Position numbers and translations under genes: made by a program. From the human T2T-CHM13v2.0 reference genome, Homo sapiens, in assembly GCF_009914755.1 (NCBI RefSeq), contig NC_060932.1: DNA of 64,000 nt; one strand, given 5' to 3'. How positions within the stretch are numbered: the stretch's first letter is position 1; every line of letters begins with the position of its first letter. Under the pieces are notes generated by a model. That model had not been told where the DNA came from. It saw only the letters and a list, made by a program, of their open reading frames with translations, and searched no databases. Below are positions 16,885-33,380 of this stretch, one piece after another.

Positions 16885-17468
16885 TGTGATAGTTAATTTG
16901 GGCTGTCAACTCGACTGTATACCCAGACAGCTGGTAAGGCATCCTTTCTGGGTGTGTCTGGGAAGGTGTTTCCAAAAAATAAAAAGAAATGGCATTTGAA
17001 TCAGTGGACTGAGTAAGAAAGATCCACCCTCACACAGTGTAGACAAGCACCAATCGATCAGCTGAAGTCCCCAATGGAAAAAAAGGCAGAGAAAAGGTGA
17101 ATTGTCTCTCTCTCCTGTAGCTGGGACACCTGTCTTCTCCAGCCCTTGGACATGAAAACTTCAAGTTCTGCAGCCTTTGGACTCCAGGACATGCAGCAGC
17201 AGTGCCTCCGTGTTCTCAGGCCTTCAGCCTCTACCTGAGTTACACCACCAGCTTCCTTGGTTCTGGGCCTTCAGACTTGGACTGAGCCATCCTGCTGGCT
17301 TCCCTGATTCCCGAGCTTGCAAATCTATGGTGGAAATTATAATCCTCCAAAACCACATGAGCCAGTTTTTCCTAATAAATCCCTTCTCATATATCTATAC
17401 CTATCTGTTATAGATATGTGTACGTATATACTTTTTTATTGTTTCTATCTCTCTGGAGGACTAATACA
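16885..17468 (+). mobile_element. MLT2 (B/C-like) 5' LTR of an ERVL
   Basis: tgtgatagttaat...gtcaactcgact...ctgggtgtgtctg...gactaataca; aataaa near 17374; joined directly to ERVL internal sequence. Confidence 0.9.
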
Positions 17469-17591
17469 GATGTTGGTCCCATGAGAGGTTCTGGAGAAGG
17501 AGAATTTTAAGGATGAGTTCCCAGCATTGGTTTTAGGTGCTCTGGCATTATCTCTCTCATCAGATTGCACTTTAAAATGCTAAGGACTGCA

Positions 17592-17897
<306 letters not shown>

Positions 17898-18018
17898 CTA
17901 AGGACTCTATTACTACTAGTACAGGGAGCACTGATAATCCGTAATGTAACTCTTCATACAGACACACAAAACATCTGCATTAGATTCTCCTAATCAACCC
18001 CTTATAGGAGGCAGAAAG

Positions 18019-19255
18019 TTTTTTCTTTTTTCCTTCCAACCTCATTTTAGGTTCAGGGGGCACATGTGCAGGCCTGCTGCACAGACCATCTCCTCACCCA
18101 GGTAATGAGCACAGAACCCCATAGGCAGCTTTCCAATCCTCACCCTCCTTCTGCCTCCACCCACAAGCAGGCCCCGGTGTCTACCACTCCCCTTCTTGTG
18201 TCCATGTGTACTCAATGTTCAGCTCCCACCTGGAAGTGAGAACATGTGGTTATTTGGTTCCCTACTTCTCTGTTCATTGGCCCAGGACAATGGCCTCCAG
18301 ATCATCCAGGCTGCCACAAAGGTCATAACCTTGCATCTCCCTGTGGCTGTGTAGTATTTCATGGTGTTGATGCACCACACTTTCCCCAACCAGTCCACTG
18401 CTGATGGGCATCCACATAAACCCCCTCTCTCTGCTGCTGTGAATAGTGCTGTGATGAACATGTGTGTCCATGTGTCTTTATGGAGGGTTGACTAATACTC
18501 CCCTGGGCACATATCCAGCAATGGGACCACTGGGTCGAATAGTAATTCTGTTTCAGATTACCTGAGAGATCTCCAAACTGCTTTTCACAGTGGCTGAACC
18601 AATCCACATTCCCACTAGTGGCGTACAAGCTCTCTACCTTCCCTGCAACCTCACCAGCACCTGCTTCTTAACTTTTTAGTGCTAGCCATTCTGACCAGTG
18701 TGAGATGGCATCCCACCATGTTTTGGTTTGCACTTCTCCAATGAATAGTGATGTGGAGCATTTTTCCATATGTGTGTTGGCCACATGCGTGCCTATCCTC
18801 AAGAAGTGTCCATCCACGCCCCTTACCCCTGTTTCAATGGAGTTGTCTGTTCCTTTCCGGCTGATTTAAATTCCTTATAGATTCTGGATACTAGATCTCT
18901 GTCGAATGCATAGTTTGCAAATATTTTCTCCCATCCTATAGGTTGTTCACTCTGCTGACAGTTTCTTCTGCTGTGCAGAAGCTGCTCAGTTCAACCAAGT
19001 CCCACTTGTCAATGTCTGCCTTTGTTGCAGTTGCCCCTGGAGTCTTCATCCTGAAATCCCTGCTGGCACCAATGTCCAGAATGGTACTTCCCAAGATTTC
19101 CACAGCTTTATGTGTTACATTTAAGTCTTTATCTTGAGTTGATCTCCATACATGGTAAACGGAAGAGGTCCAGTCCCAATGTCCCCACACAAGGCTAACC
19201 AGTTATCTCAGCACCATACACCAAAACAGGGGGTCCTCTCCCCACTGCCTGTCAT
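18019..19255 (-). mobile_element. L1PA (old primate, PA13-16-like) 3' fragment, A-to-G hypermutated
   Basis: T-rich tail, then antisense 3'UTR and ORF2 end; ORFs on - give degenerate ORF2 (MFITALFT..., [21 protein letters not shown]). Confidence 0.9.
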
Positions 19256-19384
19256 TTTTGGCCCATAGGCAAGAAACGTAGTGACTCTATATAATACTTT
19301 CAAACCTGTGGAAAACTAAAGAATATGATGGTTGGCTGTTCCTAATGTCACTGACAGAATGGAGAAAGAAGAGGGTTAGGTCAA

Positions 19385-19822
19385 TGATGTAGCTTGGATA
19401 CTTGCCAACGTGCCCATCTCATGTTGAAACGTAATCCCCAATCTTGGAGGTCGGGCCTGGTGGGAGAGGTGTTTGGACCGTGGGGCAGACCCCTCATGAA
19501 TGGCTTGGACCATCCCCTTGGTGATGAGTGAGCTCTCGCTCTGAGTTCACACAAGTTCTGGTTGTTTAAAAGTGTGTGGCCCCTCCCCTCATTCTCCCTC
19601 TCCCTTTCTTTCTTGTTCCAGCTTTCACCGTGTAACGTGCCTATTCCCTCTTCACCTTTAGCCATAATTATTGTTTCCTGAAGCCTCACCAGAAGCTGAC
19701 CAGATGCCAGCACCATGCTTCCTGTACAGCCTGCAGAACCGTGAGCCAATTAAACCTCTTTTCTTTATAAATTACCCAGCCTCAGCTATTTCTTTATAGC
19801 AATCCAAGAATGGCCTAACGCA
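19385..19822 (+). mobile_element. MSTB-like MaLR solo LTR
   Basis: atctcatgttgaaacgtaatcccc...gagccaattaaacctcttttctttataaattacccag. Confidence 0.9.
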
Positions 19823-20580
19823 ATCAGGGATTTGAATTTCCATATCACGCTCCACATAAATAACCTAAGAATTTCTAGGTATGCCTTGAAGGAGAATCTT
19901 CTCTCTGTAGCTATGGGACAGAAATGGCCAAAAATCAAACACTACTCCTCATCGTGTGATTCTGCCTGAATTACAACAAAAGTTGAACTCTCAGCCTTGC
20001 AAGCTATCTACTGTTAAAGTGAAGACCTTGGTTGGGGAAAAATGGGATCTTGCAAGTTGTGAAGGGGACATGTGAGAAGCCCCTGATGGGGCTGGGGACA
20101 CTGCATCTCTAAATTCTGATGAGTTATTTTTGCCAAAGAAAGTGGCCTCCCCACCTGCAGTGGTATTGGCCTCTCCACTTATGTCTAAGGAGATTAACCC
20201 TGCAGTACCTGAGAAAACAGCACTACTCCCCTGAGACAGTTGTCAAGCAAGACAAAGCTAATGCTCCTCAGGACCCACCCCAGTTTCTCTTTGCTTCTAG
20301 ACTTATAACCAGACCCACATCCCAGCAGCCCCTAAAGACAAGGTACAATGTGTGGCCCAAGAGAAGCTGCCTGCTCTGCAAAAGAACTCCTTGAGTTTCC
20401 TGATTTGTACAAGCAGAAATCTGGGGAACACATGTGAGACTAGATATTAAGGGTGTGGGATAGTGGTAGAAGGAACATAAAGTTGGATCAGAGGATCAGA
20501 CTGAATTCATTGACATGGCTCCACTAAGCAGAGATTCTACATTTATTGCTGTAGCTTGGGGAGTTAGAAAGGGTTCTAAT

Positions 20581-20616
20581 GGTTGGTTGGTTGGTTGGTT
20601 GGTTGGTCAGTTGGTT
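20581..20616. repeat. (GGTT)n microsatellite within ERVL gag
   Basis: about 6 perfect GGTT units plus a degenerate continuation. Confidence 0.85.
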
Positions 20617-21285
20617 ATCTAAAACATGGAGCAAAATATGCCCCACTGTGAATTAGTTGGAAATCCCTGATTTCTCCTGCCTTAACTTAGAGGAAGAGAT
20701 TTAAAGGCTTAGGGTGATTGAAATGCAAGAGTGGAATTGTCACTTGGGACTCACTCACTCACCCCGGAAGGGTCCAAAAGACATACCGTTCACCAATACC
20801 TTGTGAAACAGACTCATGAGGGGAGCCCCAGCATCTTTGACGAGCTCCCTGATTGTGTGGAACCACAAACACTCAACCGGAAAACTTAATGCGATAACAT
20901 AATTGGATCCCAGGGTGACAGGAGCCAGATGGCGGTACTCAGTGGCCAAAGGAAAAGTAGATGGAGTTACTGGGAGGCACAGCATAGGCAAAGCAACCAT
21001 CAGAATAATCTGATTCATGTAGATCTATGGCATTGGCTAATCATGGTGTTTCAAGACGTGAAATAGATGGGATAGCCTAGTAAACTCCTAATTGATCTGC
21101 ATAAGGAGAAAACTTCAGGTCAAGTAAACAAAAGTCTAACTCAAATCATAAAAAACAGAGAAACAGGGCCCCTTAATTAATTCCCAGACTTGGGCCAGTT
21201 TACAGGCCCAGAATCCCTTGAATGAATGGGACGTCAGATCCCCTCCAGGAAGGACCCTAATACACTATCGAAAGTGTATACTGTT

Positions 21286-22543
<1,258 letters not shown>

Positions 22544-22545
22544 CC

Positions 22546-23070
<525 letters not shown>

Positions 23071-23273
23071 AGTTGGAGAAGTATGTGTTAAAGCAAGGAT
23101 TCTAAGCAATACTGAACTGGGAGGTGTTGGACACAAAGCGGTGAAGCTGCAGGTTGCAGAAGCAGATGAATTATGGGAATAAAACTGCTGTTGAGACTAA
23201 AGTCAATGTCAAGGACAACACATGGAACAGAGAGACAAAACAGCAATGATGGTAGAGTAGAAGTGTCCCAGGA

Positions 23274-23627
<354 letters not shown>

Positions 23628-25269
23628 CTATATGGCTTGATATGGGTCCAAAAGTCTAGAGGAGGAATCCCTCAAAGTGGTTTCCTTTAATGTCTCTGTC
23701 TACTTTGACTTCGCCTACTGGACCCTACTGCCTTCTCATAATAAAATTTAATAATTGAAAATGTATCTTGAGTAGGAAAAAAGCTAAGAAACAGCAAATG
23801 ACCTCCAAGTTTGATATTATAAGTCCACAGAGACACATTCCAGACCGCATAAGGCCACCATGGTTGTGCTGTTTTTTTAAAAAAGTCACTCAGAATCAGT
23901 GTATATATCATAACAGCACCTACTTGAGAAATTCACATGAAATACTCATATTCGCTTAGGGTTATTTTTAAAAAGAAAAGAATGAAACCATATTCTCTAT
24001 TCTCAGATAAATAGTTTTGGAAGAAGAAAATCTCAGCATGAGCATATTGGGAAAAACAATCAACAGGAGTATTTTGGGTTGCAGTCGTGATCACTGCATG
24101 TGACTCACCACCACAGCCAAGAAAACTGCCTGTGGGCAATGTTTCCATCAACAAGAGATGGGCGCATCCTGTTGCAGAAAAAAACAATTCCAAATCTCTA
24201 GATCGTAATTTCCTTGAAGGTGACTGAAATTACTACACTTCACTGGATATTTGGTGGCCGGCGGGGGATGCAAAGAAAAATAACAAAGAAGAATCCACTG
24301 AAAGGTTCTTAGATGTTTAATCAAAAAGCAGCACACTAAACTGTTAAGTCCTGGATCTGTCGTGCAGTGGCAAAGCAGCTGGAGTAGGTATCAGGAAGCT
24401 GGTATCCAGGTATGAATCCCTCACTCTTCCTCCCTTTCGGACTTGCTGACTTTCTTGAAGAGGACTCAGATCCACATCTGTCTGTCTTTATGTTGTATAT
24501 GCATTGGGGTTTGTGATCATATTTAAAAGATTTTTGAGGGGGGGACATAAAATATAATCTACATTGATCAAAACTATTATAGTCTACTAAAATTTATCTT
24601 GAGTAAAATAGAAGAAAAGGGCAGTAACGCTTCAGTGAATGTCTTTATTTTCCATTTTATAGGCATTGTTGAATGGATTCCGCATTTGATCATACTATAA
24701 AGGCCTCCCCTGACAACGCAGCATCTCGAAAGTAAAATTTAAGGACCTCCTCTAACATAACTCATTCTTGTCCTGCACTCTGAGTTTTCTACCAGGAGAG
24801 TTATTCCTGTAAGGCAGTATTTCTAAAAATGCATTCCGAGAACTCTAAAATTCTTCCCTGCCCCATCCCACTCCCAACAGATTTTCCAGTAAAATAAGTT
24901 TGAGACATGCTGCGTACAATATTCCCCCTCTTGAAAATGTGTCGTCTATAATAGCATATTAAGGTCTCTGTTTATTGATCCAATAAGTTTGAAAGGTTTG
25001 TAAATGTGTCTAGTAAGTTTTGGAAGTGTCTTCCTATGTAAGAAATGAGTAAACAAGCCCGTTGGACACACCTGGGGAAAGCATTCTGAATAGAGTGTCC
25101 ACCATCTATCTGTCCTGTAAATATGTTAAATTAAATGGGAACAGCAATATATCTATATCATTTGTGAAAGCAAATGATAACAAGTTTGGAAAAGCTTCAG
25201 CACAGGGAAAAAAACCATGGTGAGCATGAGAACTGTCAAGGGAGGCCATACCCAATGGGGTACACACCA

Positions 25270-25427
25270 GGGCACCACATCTAAAACTCTCACACGCATG
25301 ACCACTGGGGAGTTGTTGAGACACAGATCCGTGGATGCTCCCTCTCAGAGACTCTGATCCAGCAGGCCCGGGGCCCCAGAATTCACATTTATAACAAGCT
25401 CCTAGGGGAGGCTGGTGATGCTGGTCT
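25270..25427. mobile_element. MER5A-like hAT-Charlie MITE
   Basis: cagagactctgatccagcaggcccgggg...taacaagctcc...gatgctggtc. Confidence 0.65.
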
Positions 25428-25599
25428 TAATTAAGAGTCTGTCAAAGAACAAGTCAGCTCTGAGACCCTACCAAGGGACCAACACTGCTTTTGCCTTGTG
25501 GGGAGGCGGATAAGAAGCTCGCAGCATGGTCCTTGCCTGCTATCCTGTGAAAGCCAAAATTAACGCACAAAAAAGAACCATACAGTATTTTAATAAAAA

Positions 25600-25830
25600 T
25601 AGTTAACTCTTAAATAGCACCTACGATGTGCCAAATACTCCTCCAAGTGCTTTACACATACGACCTCCCTGGATTTCAACTGAGGTCCACTGAGGGAAGC
25701 ACTGCTTGTTACCTCTTTTACCCACATAAGAAAATGAAGCCCAGAGAGATTGAGTGACTCATCCAAGGTCTCCCAGGAATTAAGCCCATAGAGCAGGGCT
25801 CCAGAGGCAGTAAACTTCCACTACATTGCC
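25600..25830 (-). mobile_element. MIR
   Basis: agcacctacgatgtgcca...gaagcccagagagattgagtgactcatccaaggtc. Confidence 0.75.
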
Positions 25831-26171
25831 TCTCTCATTGACACATACAGCTGATGGTGTGAAAGTTGATGAGGTTTGGATGCACTGGGGAATGAGGGTG
25901 CCTAAGTCAACTTGACAAGCTGTGGTGCACAGCAGACTCAGAGTGACACCACCGGAGAATGTTGCCAGCACCACTGCCATTAGTGACAGAACCACGGCCT
26001 GGGCAGACAGGGATTGTAAAACTCTCCCAGCATGGCCACCGAGTGAGAACCAGGGCCAGGGCCAAGCCTACCTAACATGGAAATTGGCCACATACAGGAG
26101 AATTGAGCAAATAAATTAAAATATCCATGACAATGAAAGCCAAGTTCCTCAATACTGGCGAAGGGTGTTCA

Positions 26172-26633
<462 letters not shown>

Positions 26634-26705
26634 CTATCCTACAGACACCAAGGCTGCAGCAGGACACTCAGAATTTGTCTGCCTACCTGATGGGAAGAGA
26701 ACACT

Positions 26706-27053
<348 letters not shown>

Positions 27054-28119
27054 TTAAATTGCTACAGTGAAAGCAATTACTGTGATTGACCAATATTTAC
27101 TTTGCGTTTGCAGAACTCAATCTTCTTACAATAGGATTTCTAAAGAAGAGCAGACAGCACCCTGCAGCTGCACTTTGATGAGAAAGAAAATCAATGCTTC
27201 TGCATTTGCACACTCAGGAGAAGGGGTGAGGGATAATCATGTCCACCAGAAATCACTAGTTTGGGTGAAAGTATCACAGGGCTTGGTGGAAACCAATAAT
27301 TTCCTCAAACCACTTAAGCACAGAGAATTCATAAAGCTTCTCAATTCTCCTGTTGCTGCAAAAACATGTTTCCATGGTGTGTGTAACACAGTGAGGGCTA
27401 CTGGCGTCCAGCCACCTGAGCACGCAAAGCTAGCTAGTAGCACAGCAAAAATAGTATTTCGTACTGATGCAGAGAGCCTGCTCATTGCTAAATCATTATC
27501 TAACAAATGTTCAAACCAGCATGACACAAATTATTATTATGGGATGATATAATAACATAACATTCGTGGATACTAGCCCTACGCAGGAGTTTCCATAAAA
27601 CTCTTTTTAGACAACGTAGGAAAGTTAATATTCTGCAGGGAAGGAGACGGGAGGAGCTCTAAACCTAAGACAGTCACCACCAACTCCATCACCAAGCCGC
27701 AGTGCTGTCCTGCTCTCTTCTATCTGGCGTCCTTTGTTCCCAAGAAACCTCATTTTGCAGATCTGTGGACTTTGAATAGATCCTGAGACACAGAGTCACC
27801 TCTTATACACGGTTGAAATATCCAGCTGCCCGGAGCTGGTGGCATGGGGGAGAAAGGCCAACCAGATACTGGTCAACAGTGAGAGGGGTCAAAGCCTGAG
27901 AGTGAGGAGCCATCATCAGGCCTGGTACAACAGGCTCTGGGCGCTGACTTGGTGGCACCAGAGGGGCAGAGCATGCGTCTCCTCTCTGCGGCGTACCTGC
28001 CACCCTCCACAAGCCCAGCGCTCCACCTCCTAGGAGATCCTGGGGGCACCTGTTCCTGACTCCCCACTGTCGAGTGCTTGGCTTGAGAAGCTGCTGTCGC
28101 CTCGCTCCCAACAACCCAA

Positions 28120-28985
28120 ACCCCAAGACAGCCAGAATGTTTCCATCATTCCACCCCACCGCTGTGCTCAAATCTTGTCCCATCCAGAATAAAATCCCGA
28201 GTCCCAGCCACGCCTGCGAGGATTCCAATGGTCCGGCCTCCCTCCCTCTCCTTCCCCACGCAGTCCTCCAGGCTGCTCCTCCCACACACCAAAGAGGCTA
28301 ACCAATGGGGCTGCTGTCCTTGGTTCTAACTTGCTCCCCATACGCATGTGGCTCCTTCTCCACCTCCTTGACGATCTCTGCTTCAAAGACACTTTGTCCA
28401 GAAGCCTCCCATGATCAAACACATAAAGCAACTCAAGCCTCCCCATCTGATGGGTTTTTGTTTGTTTGTTTGTTTGTTTGTTTTTTGAGACGGAGTCTCG
28501 CCCTGTCACCCAGGGTGGAGTGCAGTGGTGCGATCTCGGCTCACTGCAAGCTCCACCTCCCGGGTTCACATGTTCTCCTGCCTCAGCCTCCCAAGTAGCT
28601 GGGACTACAGGCGCCCGCCACCACCCCCGGCTAATTTTTTGATTTTTAGTAGAGATGGGATTTCACCGTGTTAGCCAGGATGGTCTTGATCTCCTGACCT
28701 CGTGATCTGCCCGCCTGGGCCTCCCAAAGTGTTAGGATTACAGGCATGAGCCACCACACCCAGCCTGCTTTTTTCTTTTTCTTTTTTTTTTAACTTTGCT
28801 TTATTTGTTTTCAAAGCCCAAGCAGACATAGTATACGTTTTACATATTTCTTCATCTCTCTGTGCCTACAGGAATCAAACTCGATAAGAACAGGGTTTTA
28901 CTTCGTTTGTCCATGAGTACATCCACAGCATTCACAACAGTGCCTGCATATGGTTGCTCAATAAATGTCCACTGTTACTGAATAC
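28120..28985 (+). mobile_element. L2, interrupted by an AluY
   Basis: ctctgcttcaaagacact...agaagcctccc; acagtgcctgcatatggttgctcaataaatg. Confidence 0.6.
28455..28765 (-). mobile_element. AluY with (TTTG)n tail
   Basis: gcaagctccacctcccgggttcac; gtgttagccaggatggtc. Confidence 0.95.
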
Positions 28986-29039
28986 GGCTGTTCCCTGTAT
29001 GGTGTAACGTGTGTGACTTTTGGGAAGCAAATCAGAAGA

Positions 29040-29510
29040 TATACTTTGCATCATCTTGCCATTGAGTCTGCAGGGTCTAACTGCATTAACTAATTATGGA
29101 TCCCTTTGATGGATATCTGGCAATAATGGTGGTTTTTTTAATCATCTGAGATAAAGACTAGTTGTGCTGCGATTGAACTGTAGCTGTGCATTAGTAATTG
29201 ATTCCTCAGGGATAAATGGATGGCTGTAATTGGGAGTAACTAAGATAAGATTTAATAAGCGTCTTGAACTTTCCCAAGAATCTAGTTGCTCAGATTAGTC
29301 TGTCATCTCTGAAAGCTATAAGTAATGCAAACAATTTATATATCACTCTCAGAAACTTGCGACTTAGGGGATGTCATGCGAGTGCTGAAGAATCTGACTC
29401 TTTTCATAATCTGATTTGCCTACTGCCGATGTATGTGCACGGTGGATTTTTAAAAGGTCATTGTAATTTCTGTAGTTATTTTTATTAAATTACAGTGATT
29501 AATTTTTAGG
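29040..29510. promoter_or_regulatory. candidate developmental enhancer (non-repeat, motif-dense)
   Basis: clustered TAATTA/TAATTG, CTTTGAT, AGATAA, TGTCA, AACAAT and AAAGGTCA. Confidence 0.4.
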
Positions 29511-30800
29511 ATACATTTTGTTTTCACTATTCCAGGGAAGTTTTTAACAAAATTGGTGTACCCTTTAAATAGGAAACAAAAAAGAAAATAAACCCCCCAG
29601 ACCACCCACTCATTCTGCAGCAGCTGGAGAATGAATGTACCTGCCCCTCTTTGTTCCTTATTCACCACCCACTGGAGGAGTCTACATGGGGGGGTCCCAA
29701 GTCTCCCCAACAGGAGTGCCTCTCACAGCTGGTCACTGGGTCCTAAGTGATGCATGAGCTGGCTACATAGGACCGAACACTGGGACAGGTCACACCTACG
29801 AGCTGTGCTTGGTACAGAACAGGCATTCAACAGAAGTTGGAAACTTTATTCACTTTATCACCTACTCACCCATTTGTTAACACTAACTGGTCAGAAAATT
29901 TGGAGACATTCAGAGTCAAGGAGAAATTAAAAGCTACCCATTTTCTTACTAACAAAGAGACATTTCCCACGTCCCACAGCCCTGTCTCATCTCCCCCTCC
30001 TGCGCTGGATTCATGCACCTGTTTCTGTATCAAGAAACTACCATGGATGGTCCCAGTGCCCTGCTGCCCCCCTCACACCCCCTCAACAAGGGTAAAGCTG
30101 CTCAAGGTTCAGTCTCTTTCTCACCATAGAGCCACGATTCTTAAATTTCAAAAGAGGAATTTTTTTTCCTTTATACCCCACCCCAGAGAGAGATGCCCTT
30201 CTCCCCAGCCCCAAGTGAGAGTTTAAGTTTGCTCTTATGCAGAGAATGCTCAAGTGCTCCAGAGCAGTGATCCTCCTGCCAAGGAGAGGAAGGAAGACAG
30301 GAAAGGAGGAGGAGGAGGAGATCTGGCAACGCTGGTGCTTTTTCCTGGAGATTCACAGCAATGGTGACTCCAAAATCTTTCTCACAAGCTCTGTTCTCTT
30401 TCCTGAGCTGCATATTTCTCCCTCCCAGACAGACGTGTTCACCTCACCTGAGATGCCAAATATCCAAAACCTCAGCTTCCCTGCAAAAAAGAAAGAAAAC
30501 CATGCCTCTTGCTTTCCTCTCTTTGGTAACAGTTGCCCCGTCTTCCCAAGACCCTCAGCTTGGGAGCCGGGACACATTCTCTTCGTGAACAGTCTTGACA
30601 TTTTGCCCTGTAATCATTCCCAGCTCCACTGCCATTATCAGCATACAAAATCACATCATGGTTCACATGTATCTTCCCAGCCAGACTCCAGTCAGTCCCC
30701 TCTCCTCTATCCATCCCACTCCAGTGCTATCCACCTACCCCGATTCTCATCTGTCTCAAACACCACTTCGATCCTACTTTTCCCCTCATCAAGAATTTCT

Positions 30801-31130
<330 letters not shown>

Positions 31131-31211
31131 TTAAATAAATCTCTTCACTCTTTAATATGATCCAAATTTTATATAATATATAATCACTGTATCATATATA
31201 GCATATATCAA

Positions 31212-31237
31212 ACACACACACACACACACACACACAC
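31212..31237. repeat. (CA)n microsatellite
   Basis: about 12-13 CA units. Confidence 0.9.
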
Positions 31238-31259
31238 CCAAAGTCCTGGCCAAATGCAA

Positions 31260-31592
31260 TACCCTGAGCATCTTCCTGCCTTTCCACCTCCACGTCTTCG
31301 GATTCTACCCAATGCCTGGAATTGAAGTCTTTATTACTGCAAGGCTGATCTCAAATAGCCCCTGAGTAACATCTAGATGCCACCTACTCACACAGCACCT
31401 CTTCCCTCTGAATCATATATTGCTTTTTTAAAGTTCCATGGACTTTGCCTTAATTTTTTTAAATAAAAATTTAAATACTCAATATTAAGTTCCATAAGGG
31501 CAAAGACTGTCTTAGGCATCTTTATTTTTCCAGTTATTCATATGATATTTGATAGACTGTAGTTGCTCAATGTATGTATTTGGCAAATGAAC
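31260..31592 (+). mobile_element. L2 3' fragment
   Basis: taagttccataagggcaaagactgtct...tagttgctcaatgtatgtatt. Confidence 0.55.
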
Positions 31593-32949
31593 TTGAAAAT
31601 ATCTCAATAGGAGGACTATTCATGTTAAAATTAAAAGTGATTTAATTTTAATTAAGTTAAATTATAGTCAGCTCCCAACTGACACCAACCAAATGTGGGA
31701 GGACTGGGCTGCAAAATATATTACTCAACTATGACCATAACGTTAGTCCTCAGGATGTTTCAGAAAAATTTTGAAATTAACTGAACTACTTCTCGAATCG
31801 ATTTCTTTCCTGGCCTGAAACCACCTGGGAGCTCATGGTAGGAGAGAACGTTAATGTGATTGTTTAGCCTGTGCTAAAATATAACTGCATTTGGTGTGAC
31901 CACCCATCTACTTGTAAAAACACTCCCTCCAATCTCTGTATACTCATATGTTTTCATAAAGGCTGCAAACATAAGATCAAGAATCAGTCTCACTTTTCTC
32001 TCCATCTTCTCTTCTGTCACAAATTTCAGCAGTTCCTGAAGTGCCAGATTTCCTGGGGACATGGTTGGCATCCAGCTAAGGGAAGCTGGGTGGGATTTAC
32101 ATTTAGTTTGAATTTAGTGGAAATATTGAGGCAGTTAGAAGTCCTTTGAAGTCACTAGGTTATCGCAAATTGCCTTAGTGTAAGAATATGGCCTCCAGGA
32201 ATGCTCCTATCACCCACTGTGCCAATTCTCCTCGCAAATTGACACAAAAGCCAGGCTCAGAGGTCACATAAGACATACTTATGTGAGACATACTTGTATG
32301 AGATGCACTTCCAATATATCTGGCATTGGAGTATGTGAGTAATAAAAGGTAAACAAGGTTTGAAAGGTACAGAGCCAAAGCTAATCTGTGGAAAATCCTC
32401 TGAATCATCAGATATGTAAAACTATAAATAGAAAATTCAATGCTCATAGCTTCCAGTCACAATGGAAGCTGTCTTTTGTCAGGAATAGAGTGGAAATCAT
32501 AGCATATATGATTATAAATACTCCATAATTTTTATTTGTTTTTGATGGAATTAACAGGAAAATAAAACATATTCAAAAGTGTGTTTATAAGGCAGAAATC
32601 TGTAGCAATGCCATATACAAGTATGTCTGTGTATCTGTATATGAAGTTCCTTATTTCAAATACTGCAATACATTAGACCTCACATTTGAATGTCACCTGA
32701 GCATCCTGTCTAGGGCAAGTATGGGGGACCCAGATGAAAACAGTTCACCACTTGCCGCTAAGAGCTGGCAGGAACCCATATAGACAAGTGTTTCAGAGAG
32801 AAGCACCTAGATAGGCCTGGAATGCTTCCGATTATGCCTTATCAATTTTACAAAATTTTTATATTTTATATTTTAATTAATTTTATATGTTTCAGAATTA
32901 TTGGTTGCACTGAAAATCAAATACACCAAAAAATACATCAAATATACCA

Positions 32950-33380
32950 AAAATATGCCCAAAAATGCCTTCAATTCAATAAAGTGAATTGCCAGGAGAA
33001 CTGGCCCAGTGGGTTACTAAAGATTAGTCATTGCTTACAAAACCTTGAAATGTCCTGGCATGTTAAACTCGTGCAAAAAAGAAACTTGATAAATGTTTCC
33101 TCAAACTTCGTAAAATTCCTAAAACTTTTCATGACATACTCAATGACAAATTGTGAAGCTGGAAGAAACTTATCTAAAATATCAATAATAATACACAAAC
33201 TTCGATCTGGCACAATAGAGAAAAAATCCCTCCATTCCTCCTACACAAGAAACAATATTATAAAATTATCCTATAAAAGGCTCATATCAGAATATGAGCC
33301 ATAAATTGTAGGAGAAAAATACTATAGAGCTACATTAGGCAATTAATAAAAATATTGTGTTATTTTTATGGATTGTGTGA
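32950..33380 (+). mobile_element. Zaphod-like hAT-Tip100 transposase remnant
   Basis: ORF 32822-33304 contains KLFMTYSMTNCEAGRNLSKISIIIHKLRS, a degenerate hAT C-terminal dimerisation motif (..LP.TSCEAERNFSKL...R.). Confidence 0.75.

Noticed and set aside
18019-19255. APOBEC3 editing as the cause of the L1 hypermutation
   Set aside because: APOBEC3 gives G-to-A on the element sense strand, whereas the excess seen is A-to-G.
27067-27552. 161-aa ORF in unique sequence
   Set aside because: GTG start, no recognisable homology and no supporting splice or promoter context.
27953-27970. CTCF-like gcaccagaggggcag
   Set aside because: An extra G and a 5' mismatch break the core consensus.
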